A program made the position numbers and the translations under genes. From the NCBI GenBank assembly GCA_937127165.1, contig CAKZLR010000051.1, positions 1 to 53,473 on the forward strand: DNA of 53,473 nucleotides. Reading direction: 5' to 3'. Source of the DNA: an uncultured Candidatus Peregrinibacteria bacterium (lineage in GTDB: Bacteria; Patescibacteriota; JACMRA01). A model generated the notes under the pieces. The model made no database searches and was not told the origin of the DNA. It saw only the letters and a list, made by a program, of their open reading frames with translations. This document shows positions 9,992 through 19,400 of the stretch, piece by piece (position 1 is the stretch's first letter; each line of letters opens with the position of its first letter).

Positions 9992-10499
9992 AATTTGGAA
10001 AAATTAGTTAAATTAACCAATCAAGTTTTATTTTATTTGTCAAAATTTTGGGGTAAACTTGTCAGTTAGTATAATTTTTTTTGATTAAGACTAGAGATAA
10101 TTTTTAGTTACAAATTCTCTTTATCTTTTATATTACAAAATCTGTAAAAAATTTGGACTTTCGATTCTAACTTCAAAAAATAGTTTATGTCAGTTACTAA
10201 TCAATTAACACTGATTGATGGTTGATTTTTCTGAAGATAGGATTGTTTTTTCTTGTTTGTAGTGATAGGATGTCATTCTTTGACTTGATCTAGGATCCAT
10301 AAAACAACCAGCCTTTATAGCTACTCTAACGGATTCTTGCTCTCACAGGAGTAACTAGCTCCAACGGAATTGCTTCACTTTTCTCACAATTGAGTGGGTA
10401 TTATTGATATTTAACGAAAAGGGTATATTTTACCAGAAAAACCTTCTAAAACTACTTCAAATCTTTCTTAATTTGAAAAATTGACCAAAGTGAGGTGAA

Positions 10500-11039
10500 T
10501 TAACTACCACCAATAAGGAGTCTCTGAACTATCAAAGATACATCTAAAACTATTCTGAAAATGAGATATATTAATCCCATAATTATCAAAGCTATAACAG
10601 TATTTTTAAAAGTTTCTTTTGCTTGTGCACTAGTTACTTTGCCATCCTTATCAAGTATAGATGATCCAGCAGCCCATTGCCAGCCACTATAAATCAACAT
10701 TAAAACACCGATCCCAAAAGCAATGTAAATTGCATAATCAACAAAAGAGAAAATCAAATTACTTGCATCTTTAACATTTCCAGTCCCCTCTATACCTTCA
10801 AGACAAGGTCCAAAATCACAAGGATCCAATGTCGGAATGTTTCCGTTTACATCTTTTAACAAAATTGGCGCAATAAGGAAGAAAAAATTTGATGTATGTA
10901 ACAATTTTTCTTTGTGTATAATTACTTGCACTGATCCAACAGATAAAATAGGTATAAATAAGGCAATAACAGCACCTAAAATGATTGACCAGAGAATGAT
11001 TCTTTTTATATTTTTTTTTCTTTCTTCTTTGTTATACAT
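10500..11039 (-). CDS. Hypothetical membrane protein, possibly a TrbC/VirB2-like (T4SS-type) pilin
   Basis: 179 aa with an N-terminal TM, a Cys-containing middle region (DPCDFGPC), and two C-terminal TM helices flanking a short polar loop (IAFGIGVLMLIYSGWQWAAG...VIALIIMGLIYLIF). The family assignment is pattern-level only. Confidence 0.55.
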   Translation of the reverse strand: MYNKEERKKNIKRIILWSIILGAVIALFIPILSVGSVQVIIHKEKLLHTSNFFFLIAPILLKDVNGNIPTLDPCDFGPCLEGIEGTGNVKDASNLIFSFVDYAIYIAFGIGVLMLIYSGWQWAAGSSILDKDGKVTSAQAKETFKNTVIALIIMGLIYLIFRIVLDVSLIVQRLLIGGS

Positions 11040-11233
11040 TTTTTAAAAATGTAATTTTTTTACTTTTACTTAAAAAGTAAGTGTTCAGTGATTGTATTAC
11101 AGGTTGATTTCTTTGTCAAATATAAAACTATTAGAAGAACATAATCATTTAATTACGATTTTTTAAAACTGAACTGAGTTATATTAATTTATCAACTATT
11201 TTTAACTAATATCAATTTGGCATATATTGAATT

Positions 11234-11297
11234 ATTATTTTACTTATTATTTTACTTATTTGTATTACTTATTCTTTTTGTATTACTTATTCTTTTT
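11234..11297. repeat. Short tandem direct repeats in an AT-rich intergenic region
   Basis: Perfect 12-nt unit attattttactt x2 (11234-11257), then perfect 18-nt unit gtattacttattcttttt x2 (11262-11297). All four copies share the core TTACTTAT. Confidence 0.9.
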
Positions 11298-11489
11298 AAG
11301 ATAAGAACAATCAATTAGGATTTAATAGTTACTTTATAAATAATATTGACAGAAATATCTATATTAATTATTAATATTATATAATATTTATTTATATATA
11401 TAATATAATTCATATTTATTTAATATTATTAACAGATTAACAGAAATATTTATTTAGTTAAACTAATAGCTTGGTTAAGTAAATAGGTT

Positions 11490-11804
11490 ATGATAATTAC
11501 AACTACAGATTTTATTCCTTCAAAAAATATTATAGAAATTTTAGGTGTTGTTCAAGGCAGCACGGTCAGGGTAAAACATATTGGTCACGAGCTTCTTACT
11601 GCTTTGAAAAGTATTATAGGTGGAGAATTGTGTAGCTACACTCGACTTATTACTGAATCTAGAGAACAAGCTATCCAAAGAATGATTGAAGATGCTAACC
11701 AGATGGGGGCTGATGCTATAATTAATGTTCGTTTTGTTACGGCTGAAATTACGACCGGTGCTGCCGAAATTTTGGTATACGGAACAGCTGTTAAAATTGC
11801 TTAA
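11490..11804 (+). CDS. ybjQ: YbjQ/UPF0145-family protein (putative heavy-metal-binding domain)
   Basis: 104 aa. The pattern ITTT..IPSKNI.EILGVV.G..VR......D....LK.I.GGE...Y..L....R..A..RM...A..MGADAIINVRF is characteristic of UPF0145. Confidence 0.85.
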   Translation: MIITTTDFIPSKNIIEILGVVQGSTVRVKHIGHELLTALKSIIGGELCSYTRLITESREQAIQRMIEDANQMGADAIINVRFVTAEITTGAAEILVYGTAVKIA

Positions 11805-11806
11805 AT

Positions 11807-11989
11807 ATGCCCAAATTAGGGATCTCTGAAAGAGAAGAGTTTATAGCTAAAATGATTATAATCGTATTCTTGATTATGGTACTGGTTGTTACTAGTTTTT
11901 TTGTGTTTATGGTATTGAGCGATAGACCACCAGATCCAGATTCACAGAATCCGGCAGATTCGTCTTTTATGTTTTTGGACTTGAGATAA
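11807..11989 (+). CDS. Hypothetical small single-pass membrane protein
   Basis: 60-aa ORF starting 2 nt after the ybjQ stop, with one hydrophobic helix (MIIIVFLIMVLVVTSFFVFMVL). Confidence 0.4.
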   Translation: MPKLGISEREEFIAKMIIIVFLIMVLVVTSFFVFMVLSDRPPDPDSQNPADSSFMFLDLR

Positions 11990-12199
11990 TATTTAGTTAA
12001 CTGATTAACTTGTCTAGTCTTTATTCTTCTTCAGTAAGAGAGTAGATAGTTGTAAAGCAAGGGTATTAATTGAGTTATCCTAACTAAACCTGGGTAGGAT
12101 TAAGTTTTTAGTGTATTCTGAAACAGATTTTCCCATCTTATTCTTTTAAGTAATTAAGCTATACTAAATAAAATTGAAATAATAACAAAGACAAAAGGT

Positions 12200-13726
12200 T
12201 TACAAATTACTATTATCATCTATTTCCATTTCTATGATTTTCTTAGTTTCTACCAACCTTGCATTCAAGCCTACCATTTTTGCACCTTGGCTTTGGGTAT
12301 CTGGTATAACCAACTGTAATTGACTTAGTTCGTCTTGATTAAATTGGCTAGTATCTCCGGGAATAAATAAATTTTTACTGACAGCTAGATACTTCCATTC
12401 CCACAAACTACCTTTAGTATCATATGCTCTAATAAAAATCTCATCTCTAGGCACAAGTTCAGCTATTCTATCAAAACTAAATCCCTGATTCATAGCTATT
12501 TTGGTTTCCACTAGAGCATTAAATCCATATATATGTGTTATACCTAGTTTACCGGGCATACTAGACTCTTTTGTGTGAATTAGCTGTTGCGTTAATAAGT
12601 CTTTCAAATCGTTTTTCCAGACGTCCGTATTCCAAGATATTAATATATCCTCATATCCTAGTTTTGGTATTGATAAATATCCTGCTTTTATAGCATCCAC
12701 ATCAACTGTGAAAGTAGTTTCTTCCATAACCTTTTTTTCGGGCTTATTTTTTTGTTTTTTTACAGCTAAACTTTGAAGTCTCAAAGAGAGAATGTTCGTA
12801 GATATAAAATCACCTGCTATAGATTGGTTGTTTTTCGGGTTTGTTCCCGACAATACATCTATTCCATCTAAAACTTGGTTATTATTTTGATTTGGATCTA
12901 AAGGGTTTGTTCTTAACAAGAATTCTTCGTAGTTTGTTAGTCCATCTTTATCTATATCTTGATCTGGTAAGTTATCCTGTTCTCCGATAAAAATATTTGC
13001 CCATTGGGCGTAATTTTCGGTTCTAGAGTAAATTTGCCTTTGAATTACTAAATATAATTTCTCAAATTTTTCGCTTATAGTACCACCTAAAAAAAGCAAA
13101 ATAAGACTTATAATTGTAGACGTTATAAGTACTTTAAGTACTAATTTTTTACCGAAAAACTTAGTTAAGTTAGACCTAATTAATTTTATAGGCTTAGGTA
13201 CATTTATACCTATTTGCTGTATTAGTTGGGTAGAGTCTGTATTCCTTTTTGGACAAAAAACTTGTTGTTTTCGAGAAATCAAAATTTTGTTAAGTTTTTC
13301 TTTGAGTTGTTTGTTATTATTTTGGTTTAACCAAAACGGGATTATATTACCTTTTTTCTTAATTTTGCGATAAATACTTAATTTTAACGATTTAAAATAA
13401 TCTATTATTGGTTTTAAAAAACTTAATAGTTTAGATTTAAAATTGTTAGTATTTTCATTACTAAAGTATAAATTTTCTAAGTCCTTTACTTTAGAGCTGT
13501 TCAAAATTGCATCAGTAAAATCAAACTTCGGAATAAATTTCAGATTTTTTTGTGATTTGGCTTTTTTTTGTTTTTGTTTTAAGTTATACAATCTTAATAA
13601 ATTTTTCCTATTTTTAGGATCTAACATGTCTAAGAAATGACGGCGAGATTCATCAGATTCGAATGACTCGTATTTTTTGAGCAATTTTGACCAGTTTTTT
13701 ATTGATGAATTAGTTTCTTTATTCAT
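12200..13726 (-). CDS. Membrane-anchored protein with a thrombospondin-type-3-like Ca-binding repeat and a C-terminal sortase-like domain lacking the catalytic Cys
   Basis: Lys-rich N-terminus, then TM (VLITSTIISLILLFLGG). DQDIDKDGLTNYEEFLLRTNPLDPNQ is TSP3-like. The C-terminal region LSIPKLGY...PGKLGITHIYGF...FDRIAELVPRDEIFIRAY...YLAVSKNLFIPGD...LQLVIPD...ARLV follows the sortase layout. The TLxTC position reads LVIPD. Confidence 0.65.
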   Translation of the reverse strand: MNKETNSSIKNWSKLLKKYESFESDESRRHFLDMLDPKNRKNLLRLYNLKQKQKKAKSQKNLKFIPKFDFTDAILNSSKVKDLENLYFSNENTNNFKSKLLSFLKPIIDYFKSLKLSIYRKIKKKGNIIPFWLNQNNNKQLKEKLNKILISRKQQVFCPKRNTDSTQLIQQIGINVPKPIKLIRSNLTKFFGKKLVLKVLITSTIISLILLFLGGTISEKFEKLYLVIQRQIYSRTENYAQWANIFIGEQDNLPDQDIDKDGLTNYEEFLLRTNPLDPNQNNNQVLDGIDVLSGTNPKNNQSIAGDFISTNILSLRLQSLAVKKQKNKPEKKVMEETTFTVDVDAIKAGYLSIPKLGYEDILISWNTDVWKNDLKDLLTQQLIHTKESSMPGKLGITHIYGFNALVETKIAMNQGFSFDRIAELVPRDEIFIRAYDTKGSLWEWKYLAVSKNLFIPGDTSQFNQDELSQLQLVIPDTQSQGAKMVGLNARLVETKKIIEMEIDDNSNL

Positions 13727-14184
13727 AAATTATTTTGAGCCTGGGAAATTGTAAATTTTTGTAGGTATTTCATTTGTTTTGGAAACCAAATTTGCAAGTT
13801 TAGACCAATTAGACCAATCCATATTTGTAAATCTGCTAAATTACTTAGTGCGACGTAAATATTTAAATAGTCAGCAACTCCCCCAAAAATTAATTTCTCA
13901 ACTATATTACTCCAAATACCAGTAATAATAAGAATACTAGATACCGGGTAATCTCTAAATAGATTTAGAACAAAAACCATTATTGTAGCTGTTAAAGCAA
14001 ATAATGTTATAAGCCATAAATCTATTTTTAGATGGAAAATATCTTGATTAATTACAAAACTTCCAAAATTTCTTACGATTAAAGACATTAGTAAATTAAA
14101 ACCTAACAAGAAAATGATAATATTAAGCTGATTCATTAACCAATTAGAACCTAATCTGTTAGAAGGTGTTTGTTTTTTAGCCAT
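13723..14184 (-). CDS. lspA: Lipoprotein signal peptidase (signal peptidase II)-like membrane protein, divergent
   Basis: Four hydrophobic segments. WSNIVEKLIFGGVADYLNIYVALSNLADLQIWIG matches the LspA C-terminal pattern GN..DR...G.V.DF.....FN.AD..I. Its stop overlaps the downstream gene start (ATGA at 13723-13726). Start set at ATG 14184; the ORF track uses TTG 14220. Confidence 0.6.
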   Translation of the reverse strand: MAKKQTPSNRLGSNWLMNQLNIIIFLLGFNLLMSLIVRNFGSFVINQDIFHLKIDLWLITLFALTATIMVFVLNLFRDYPVSSILIITGIWSNIVEKLIFGGVADYLNIYVALSNLADLQIWIGLIGLNLQIWFPKQMKYLQKFTISQAQNNL

Positions 14185-14429
14185 TGTATTTTGTGAGAAA
14201 AGTTTTTTAATTTTAACCAAATAAAAGTTATTATAACCTTATTATAACCTATTTTTTAGTCTTTTGCAAACTAACTATTTATTACATTACTTATTGTTTG
14301 ATTATCATAATATCATAATTATCGTAATATCATAAAAAAATAGTTTATGATAGTTTAAAAATTTTTTAAATAAATTTATTTTATTTATATTTTGTTTGTT
14401 TAAAAATTTCAAACTTACGATTTATTTGT

Positions 14430-14458
14430 TTGACATCAATTTTGAACTTGATTATACT
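14430..14458 (+). promoter_or_regulatory. Sigma-70-like promoter candidate for the solute-binding protein gene
   Basis: TTGACA (14430-14435), 17-nt spacer, TATACT (14453-14458), about 95 nt upstream of ATG 14553. Confidence 0.45.
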
Positions 14459-14552
14459 GCTTCGGCTGGATAGAAAAAATTTAACAGCAGTCTGTTTTTT
14501 AAAATAGTTTTTTGGTTAATTGATAAACTTTATAAGTAAATTCTAATTATTT

Positions 14553-15980
14553 ATGGAAATACCTTATTTCATTCAAAATCTTTGGGAGACTAGAAAGACT
14601 TTAGTGATTGTTGTGGTTATTTTGGTTGTATTTGTTATAGTTAGTGGACTAGTATTGTTGTTTATACCTAAAAACAAAATAATCATGGAACTCAATATTC
14701 CTAGGGAAAAAGTTGAGCTTATATGGTGGAAACCAAAATTTCCACAGATGAATTCAAGCTCATACAGAAATATAATAGGTAAATTTAGGTCAATAAATCC
14801 AAATGTAAATATAAAAATAATAGATAAAACATATGGTCCAGATTATTATAGAGATCTGCTTTTAGCAATGGCAGGAGGAGAAGGTCCGGACATATTTTCC
14901 ATTCATAATAACGATTTAAGAGCATATTTACCCTATATTAGTCCTATATCTACTTTTCAAAATCGAGACCCAAACACTCAAGAAAGAATATTAGAGCTAT
15001 ACAAAAGAGATTTTGTGGATATGGTAGTAAGAGACACTATTTCGCAAGACCAAGTTTATGGTATAACTAGCTATGTCGATAATATGCAAATGTATGTTAA
15101 TCGAGATTTACTTAATCAAGCTGGCATACCTTTGCCAGCTAGAACTTGGGATGATTTGTTAGTGCAAATACCGGCCCTTACTAGACAAAGTCAGTTTGGT
15201 GGAGTTTTTGAGCAAAGTGCTATTTCTCTAGGTACAGGTAATATTATCGGAAGCCCTGTTCCAAACATAGACAAACACCATGAAATTTTACCACTTTTAA
15301 TTTTCCAAAAAGGTAACCCTATATATGATAATATAAAAGAAGAAGTAACACTAAATCGAAAGGGTGACCGAGGTAACAATCCATCCTTAGAGGCTATTAA
15401 TTTTTATTATAGTTTTGCTGATCCTAAAGACGAAAGATATACATGGAGCAATACGTCGCCTAATAATGTTGAAGCTTTTACTTCAGGAAGATTGGCATAT
15501 ATAATTCACTATAGTTATTTTGCGTCAGAAATTCAGCGGAGAAATCCGAGGTTGAATTTTGAGGTGGTACCCTTACCTCAGTTTGATGGGACAAATCGCA
15601 AGACTTTTGGATTTTTCTATATGGATGTTTTAAGTAAAAGATTAGAGCAAAATTTTGCTAAAAAATATTGGGCAGAACAATTCATGCTATATTTGTCGCA
15701 GTCGGAGCAACAAAAAGAGTTAGCCACTATAACCGGCTTTCCTCCAGCTAGAAGAGATGTAATTCAAGAGCAACTACTCGGTGACAGACAGAAGCAAGTA
15801 TTTGCACAAGGGGCTTTAATTGCGGATAGTTATTACAGACCAGATCCGGCTAAAACTGAGAGAATTTGGTCTGAGATGATCTATAGAATGCACTTTGAAA
15901 ACAGAACTGCAGCACAGGTTTTGGATGACGCTGTAAAAGAATATCAAGCGTTGGTAAGAGCCGGTCCTAAACCTAGGTAG
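14553..15980 (+). CDS. Extracellular solute-binding protein (ABC transporter family-1, sugar-type), N-terminally membrane anchored
   Basis: N-terminal TM LVIVVVILVVFVIVSGLVLLFI. GGEGPDIF.IHNNDL, the YVNRDLLNQAGIPLPARTWDDLL motif and overall length are typical of SBP_bac_1 proteins. No permease or ATPase genes are adjacent. Confidence 0.75.
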   Translation: MEIPYFIQNLWETRKTLVIVVVILVVFVIVSGLVLLFIPKNKIIMELNIPREKVELIWWKPKFPQMNSSSYRNIIGKFRSINPNVNIKIIDKTYGPDYYRDLLLAMAGGEGPDIFSIHNNDLRAYLPYISPISTFQNRDPNTQERILELYKRDFVDMVVRDTISQDQVYGITSYVDNMQMYVNRDLLNQAGIPLPARTWDDLLVQIPALTRQSQFGGVFEQSAISLGTGNIIGSPVPNIDKHHEILPLLIFQKGNPIYDNIKEEVTLNRKGDRGNNPSLEAINFYYSFADPKDERYTWSNTSPNNVEAFTSGRLAYIIHYSYFASEIQRRNPRLNFEVVPLPQFDGTNRKTFGFFYMDVLSKRLEQNFAKKYWAEQFMLYLSQSEQQKELATITGFPPARRDVIQEQLLGDRQKQVFAQGALIADSYYRPDPAKTERIWSEMIYRMHFENRTAAQVLDDAVKEYQALVRAGPKPR

Positions 15981-16134
15981 AATTTTCTCTTCCCCAGTTC
16001 TCACCTTGACTGAGTCTGAGGTAATGTGATTTCTAATCAATCTTCTACAGATAGTAAGAATTTAAAGTTGACTTTCAAAATTTTTCAAAATTTCTTAAAA
16101 GAGATTAAACTAAAATACTCTCCACATTAGATTT

Positions 16135-16153
16135 AACCGAAATCTCGGTTTTT
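16135..16153 (+). terminator. Weak rho-independent terminator candidate
   Basis: AACCGA-aatc-TCGGTT hairpin (6 bp) followed by a T-run, in the convergent gap between the SBP gene and transaldolase. The stem is short. Confidence 0.3.
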
Positions 16154-16217
16154 AATAAAAAAATCACAAGGTTTAATTTGTTAGGGGGCAAATATGGATA
16201 CAATCTTTTAAAAAAGT

Positions 16218-17045
16218 TCATTCTAGTAAACTTTTCCAATCTTGAGCAAATTTTAGTAATCCTTTTGTTGTTAATTCGTGAGAAATGTCTATGTCTTGCC
16301 ACTTCTGAGTGTAATCTAGATTTTCAAATCCTATGGGTGTCAAGTTTTGAGGAGAATAGGTTATGTTCTGGCTTTGGTGCCATTCTTTTATGATTGATAA
16401 AGGTAAAGTGACAATATCTAGACCAATGTCAAAACAGTACTGTAAATGATTGAGATTGCGGATACTAGCACCCAAAATTTCTACCGGACTCTGAAGTTGT
16501 TGGTACATCTTTTGAACGTTAGCTAACAAATCAACTCCTTTAAGACCAATATCGTCCAGTCTTCCTACAAAAGGAGAAATAAAAACTTGACCCTTGGTAG
16601 CACCTACAGAAATTACTAAATTATGAATAGCTAAGGCTTGTTTTTGATTAAATACTAAAGTAAAATTGGCTCTGCCACCTTGCTTTATGAATTTTGCAGC
16701 AGCCTCTAACGCGGCTGGAATGGTTGGAAACTTAATGTGAGCATTATCTATCCATTCATTCATACTTATAGCTTGCTCGTAAATCTCTTTAGCACTTGTT
16801 CGCTGATCTGCATAAACTTCAATTGACACTGATCCGTTTGGGATTAGCTTGGATATTTTTTGGACATTAGTTTTATAAAAACCAAGCATTTCTTCTTCAG
16901 AAATTTTGCTTGATTGGTTCAAATTTTTGACAACTAAACTAGGATTAGTTGTTTGACCATCTAAGCCACCAAGCATTTCAATCGCCTGAGCTGTTTCAGC
17001 AGGGTTAGCACTATCCAAAAATATTTTAGTTTTTTTGTGAAACAT
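16218..17045 (-). CDS. tal: Transaldolase / fructose-6-phosphate aldolase family protein
   Basis: Motifs FLDSANPAE, GQTTNPSLV, NAHIKFPT (a Lys in the position expected for the Schiff-base lysine), ISPFVGRLDDIG. C-terminal extension of about 50 aa. Confidence 0.85.
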   Translation of the reverse strand: MFHKKTKIFLDSANPAETAQAIEMLGGLDGQTTNPSLVVKNLNQSSKISEEEMLGFYKTNVQKISKLIPNGSVSIEVYADQRTSAKEIYEQAISMNEWIDNAHIKFPTIPAALEAAAKFIKQGGRANFTLVFNQKQALAIHNLVISVGATKGQVFISPFVGRLDDIGLKGVDLLANVQKMYQQLQSPVEILGASIRNLNHLQYCFDIGLDIVTLPLSIIKEWHQSQNITYSPQNLTPIGFENLDYTQKWQDIDISHELTTKGLLKFAQDWKSLLE

Positions 17046-17248
17046 AAAACCGTAAAATGTGTAAAATATATATTTGGTATAACCTTTTGTTTAAATAAAA
17101 TTTGAAAATGTCAATGTGTATTTGTTTTTTTATTAGGTTAAGCAAGTTGATCCAAAAATCTTTACACAAGATTTTAAGTACTAAGTAAGTTGTGCTTTTT
17201 TAAAAAAACTCAAACGCACAAAATCAGGATAATAATTATGTCAAATTG

Positions 17249-18877
17249 TTAATTTCTTTGGTTTTTGTATAAAATTGATAAACAAAATATCAAGACTGAA
17301 AACCAAAAAATTCCTAATTCAAAAAACAGCATTAGCCAAAGATTGTGAATCGGTTGGTGTATACTCAAAGCAAGGTCAGAATTGTAGCTTCTGTGATAAA
17401 AGGGGTATTGACCTAACCCGATTCCAAAGATTTTTTGCCACCAAGGTAGTTGCCAAAAAGTTTCCCAAAACCTAACATATTCATTAATTCTAACCCAATC
17501 GCTACTATAACTATAGGCAAATCTAGAAAAAAATACGAATCCAAAAGTTATGATAAAACTAGATAGAATATACCATTTCTGTTTTATAAATTCAAAGATT
17601 TTAGTCTTTAGCAGTTCTGAGCTAAGGTTCTGTAAACCTATTTTTTGATCCAAAAAATAAACTAATATTAAAAAAATTAGGCTAATCCAAGCAATTCTAC
17701 TAAAACTTAAAACTACAATTGCTCCGCTAATTAGTTTTAACCACCAACTTAGGGATTTTAATCTGTAATTGGTATTGTATTTTTTAAGTAAAATTGCTAA
17801 CCAAAACCCTAAAATACCAACAAAACCAAGAATATTTGGATGTTGCATCAAACCGTAACCTCTTAGTAAGACTAAATAATAATCGCCTATAGGTTGTCTA
17901 GCTGTAAATCTGGTATTGAGAGACACTGGTGGTTCGCCTAAAAATTGTAATCCTAAATTGTGTCCAGTAATAACTTGACCAGTCGCTACTACTAGATTTT
18001 GAATAAAAAATAATGTTAATAAGAATAGAACACTGGTGAATAGAATTTTGGGAATGTTTTCGGTATAGTTTAGAATTTGCTTAAAAATGGACATCCCCGA
18101 AATAGTGATTTTTGTAGCTAATGAAGAGTTTTTAGAAGAAACAGAGGTTTGTTCAAAATTTAACCGGTCGTTTTTAAGAAAAGGTGTTAACAAATTTTGA
18201 CCAGATTGAACAGGTAATCTTTGAAAAGTGTTGATATCGTGTTTCAAGTATTTCCAATTATTAAAGTTTAGATTTTCTAATCCCGAATTAAACAAAAATG
18301 ATTTTTGAGATTTTATCTGAGAAAGTAAACTAGTTGGTTTTTGAAGTAAACCAGAAATAAAACCAAGCCAGATTATTTGAAAGATAACCCAAGCTAGCAA
18401 AACCCCAAAAGGGCTAGAAAGTAGCAAATGATCAAGTAAAGAGTATGCTCCTAAAACAATCAGCCAAATTTTGAATAGGGGTTGTCGAAACCATCGCCAA
18501 AAACCAACTAAAATTGCTAGCCACAGAACCAAATTTGACCAAAAAATAATCATACTAGCTAGCTCATCTAGGCTAGGGTTGGCTAGGTTGATTTGCCATA
18601 AAGAGATTGTTAACAGCCCTAAAACAAAAAATTTGTAGAGAATATTTTGTCGAAAAAGTTCAAAAAAGACTAGTATCAAAACAATTAAGTTGCCTAAAGA
18701 TAAGACAATATCCAAAAAGTTATTCACTAAAGAATAGCCTAAAAAAGGATTAAAATTTACAAATTTGGGCCACAACAAAGCTAAACAAGCAAGAAATAAA
18801 CAACTAGCCAAAACTAAATGCTTAAATAGATATTTAAGCTGAAATGTATTATATGTCACAACTTCTACATAAGTCAT
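17249..18877 (-). CDS. O-antigen ligase/polymerase (Wzy_C)-like polytopic membrane protein
   Basis: 542 aa with more than 10 hydrophobic helices. The segment LSFSRIAWISLIFLILVYFL followed by a loop resembles the Wzy_C core. Assignment is moderate. Confidence 0.55.
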   Translation of the reverse strand: MTYVEVVTYNTFQLKYLFKHLVLASCLFLACLALLWPKFVNFNPFLGYSLVNNFLDIVLSLGNLIVLILVFFELFRQNILYKFFVLGLLTISLWQINLANPSLDELASMIIFWSNLVLWLAILVGFWRWFRQPLFKIWLIVLGAYSLLDHLLLSSPFGVLLAWVIFQIIWLGFISGLLQKPTSLLSQIKSQKSFLFNSGLENLNFNNWKYLKHDINTFQRLPVQSGQNLLTPFLKNDRLNFEQTSVSSKNSSLATKITISGMSIFKQILNYTENIPKILFTSVLFLLTLFFIQNLVVATGQVITGHNLGLQFLGEPPVSLNTRFTARQPIGDYYLVLLRGYGLMQHPNILGFVGILGFWLAILLKKYNTNYRLKSLSWWLKLISGAIVVLSFSRIAWISLIFLILVYFLDQKIGLQNLSSELLKTKIFEFIKQKWYILSSFIITFGFVFFSRFAYSYSSDWVRINEYVRFWETFWQLPWWQKIFGIGLGQYPFYHRSYNSDLALSIHQPIHNLWLMLFFELGIFWFSVLIFCLSILYKNQRN

Positions 18878-19034
18878 TTTTTATAAATTTGTCTAAAAGA
18901 TTATATCTTTATCAAAAATTTAAATTAAATTTAGTGTGGATATTCCGCACTAAAATGGTAGATAAATTTAAACAATCTTGACAAGATTAGTTATTAAGTT
19001 ATTATTTTTTTACTTTTTGTTAAATTTTTTTATT

Positions 19035-19220
19035 ATGATTAAAGCTCAAAATCCAAACACAGAAGAATGGTTTGATCTACCCGAGGGTACTTTGGTCGGG
19101 GAGATAGTAACCGATCCTATAACAGGAGAAATGTTCGAAGTGGTCGCAATTGGAGATGGTAAAAACGGTGGAATCGCTACTTTAAGACTAGTAAATGTAG
19201 AAGAGGATTGGGGGCAATAA
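19035..19220 (+). CDS. LysW-like amino-group carrier mini-protein (Cys-less, C-terminus EEDWGQ)
   Basis: 61 aa from ATG 19035: MIKAQNPNTEEWFDLPEGTLVGEIVTDPITGEMFEVVAIGDG...LRLVNVEEDWGQ*. The acidic C-terminal EDWG motif and the beta-hairpin-like layout parallel LysW (C-terminal EDWGE). It lies 180 nt upstream of a LysX-type ligase. The ORF track starts at TTG 18978. Confidence 0.5.
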   Translation: MIKAQNPNTEEWFDLPEGTLVGEIVTDPITGEMFEVVAIGDGKNGGIATLRLVNVEEDWGQ

Positions 19221-19400
19221 AAAGCATAAAACCATGATTTTTTTGGTTTGTTAATATGTGTTTTTAATACAAATTTGTTTTTGGTGTTGCCGTTTGCTGT
19301 AACTAGCTCTTTGTCAATATTTTTTCAAGTCAAATTAAAATTACAAAAAGCTAAAATTTTAAACGATTTTGAAATTAACATTTGCTACATTTGCTAAATT

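Noticed and set aside
10261-10370. A segment whose translation (CHSLT*SRIH ... DSCSHRSN) loosely recalls the widespread intergenic 'VIPAKAGIQ / LDSRFRGNDK'-type repeat element
   Set aside because: The match is very degenerate. The expected inverted-repeat arms (gtcattc / gaatgac) are not both present, and there is only one copy in the window. Evidence is insufficient.
11234-11297. Possible CRISPR array
   Set aside because: The units are only 12 and 18 nt, are directly abutting without spacers, and no cas genes are nearby. These are simple tandem duplications.
16105-16393. ORFs 16105-16302 (-) and 16178-16393 (+) at the 3' end of the transaldolase gene
   Set aside because: They overlap the transaldolase CDS and the convergent terminator region, have low-complexity basic or hydrophobic translations, and show no motif.
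18978-19034. TTG-initiated hydrophobic N-terminal extension (LVIKLLFFYFLLNFFIM) of the LysW-like ORF, which would make it a membrane or secreted protein
   Set aside because: Translating T-rich non-coding DNA readily gives F/L/I-rich peptides, and LysW-type carriers are about 55-60 aa and cytosolic. I kept ATG 19035 as the start, but the longer form cannot be excluded without conservation data.
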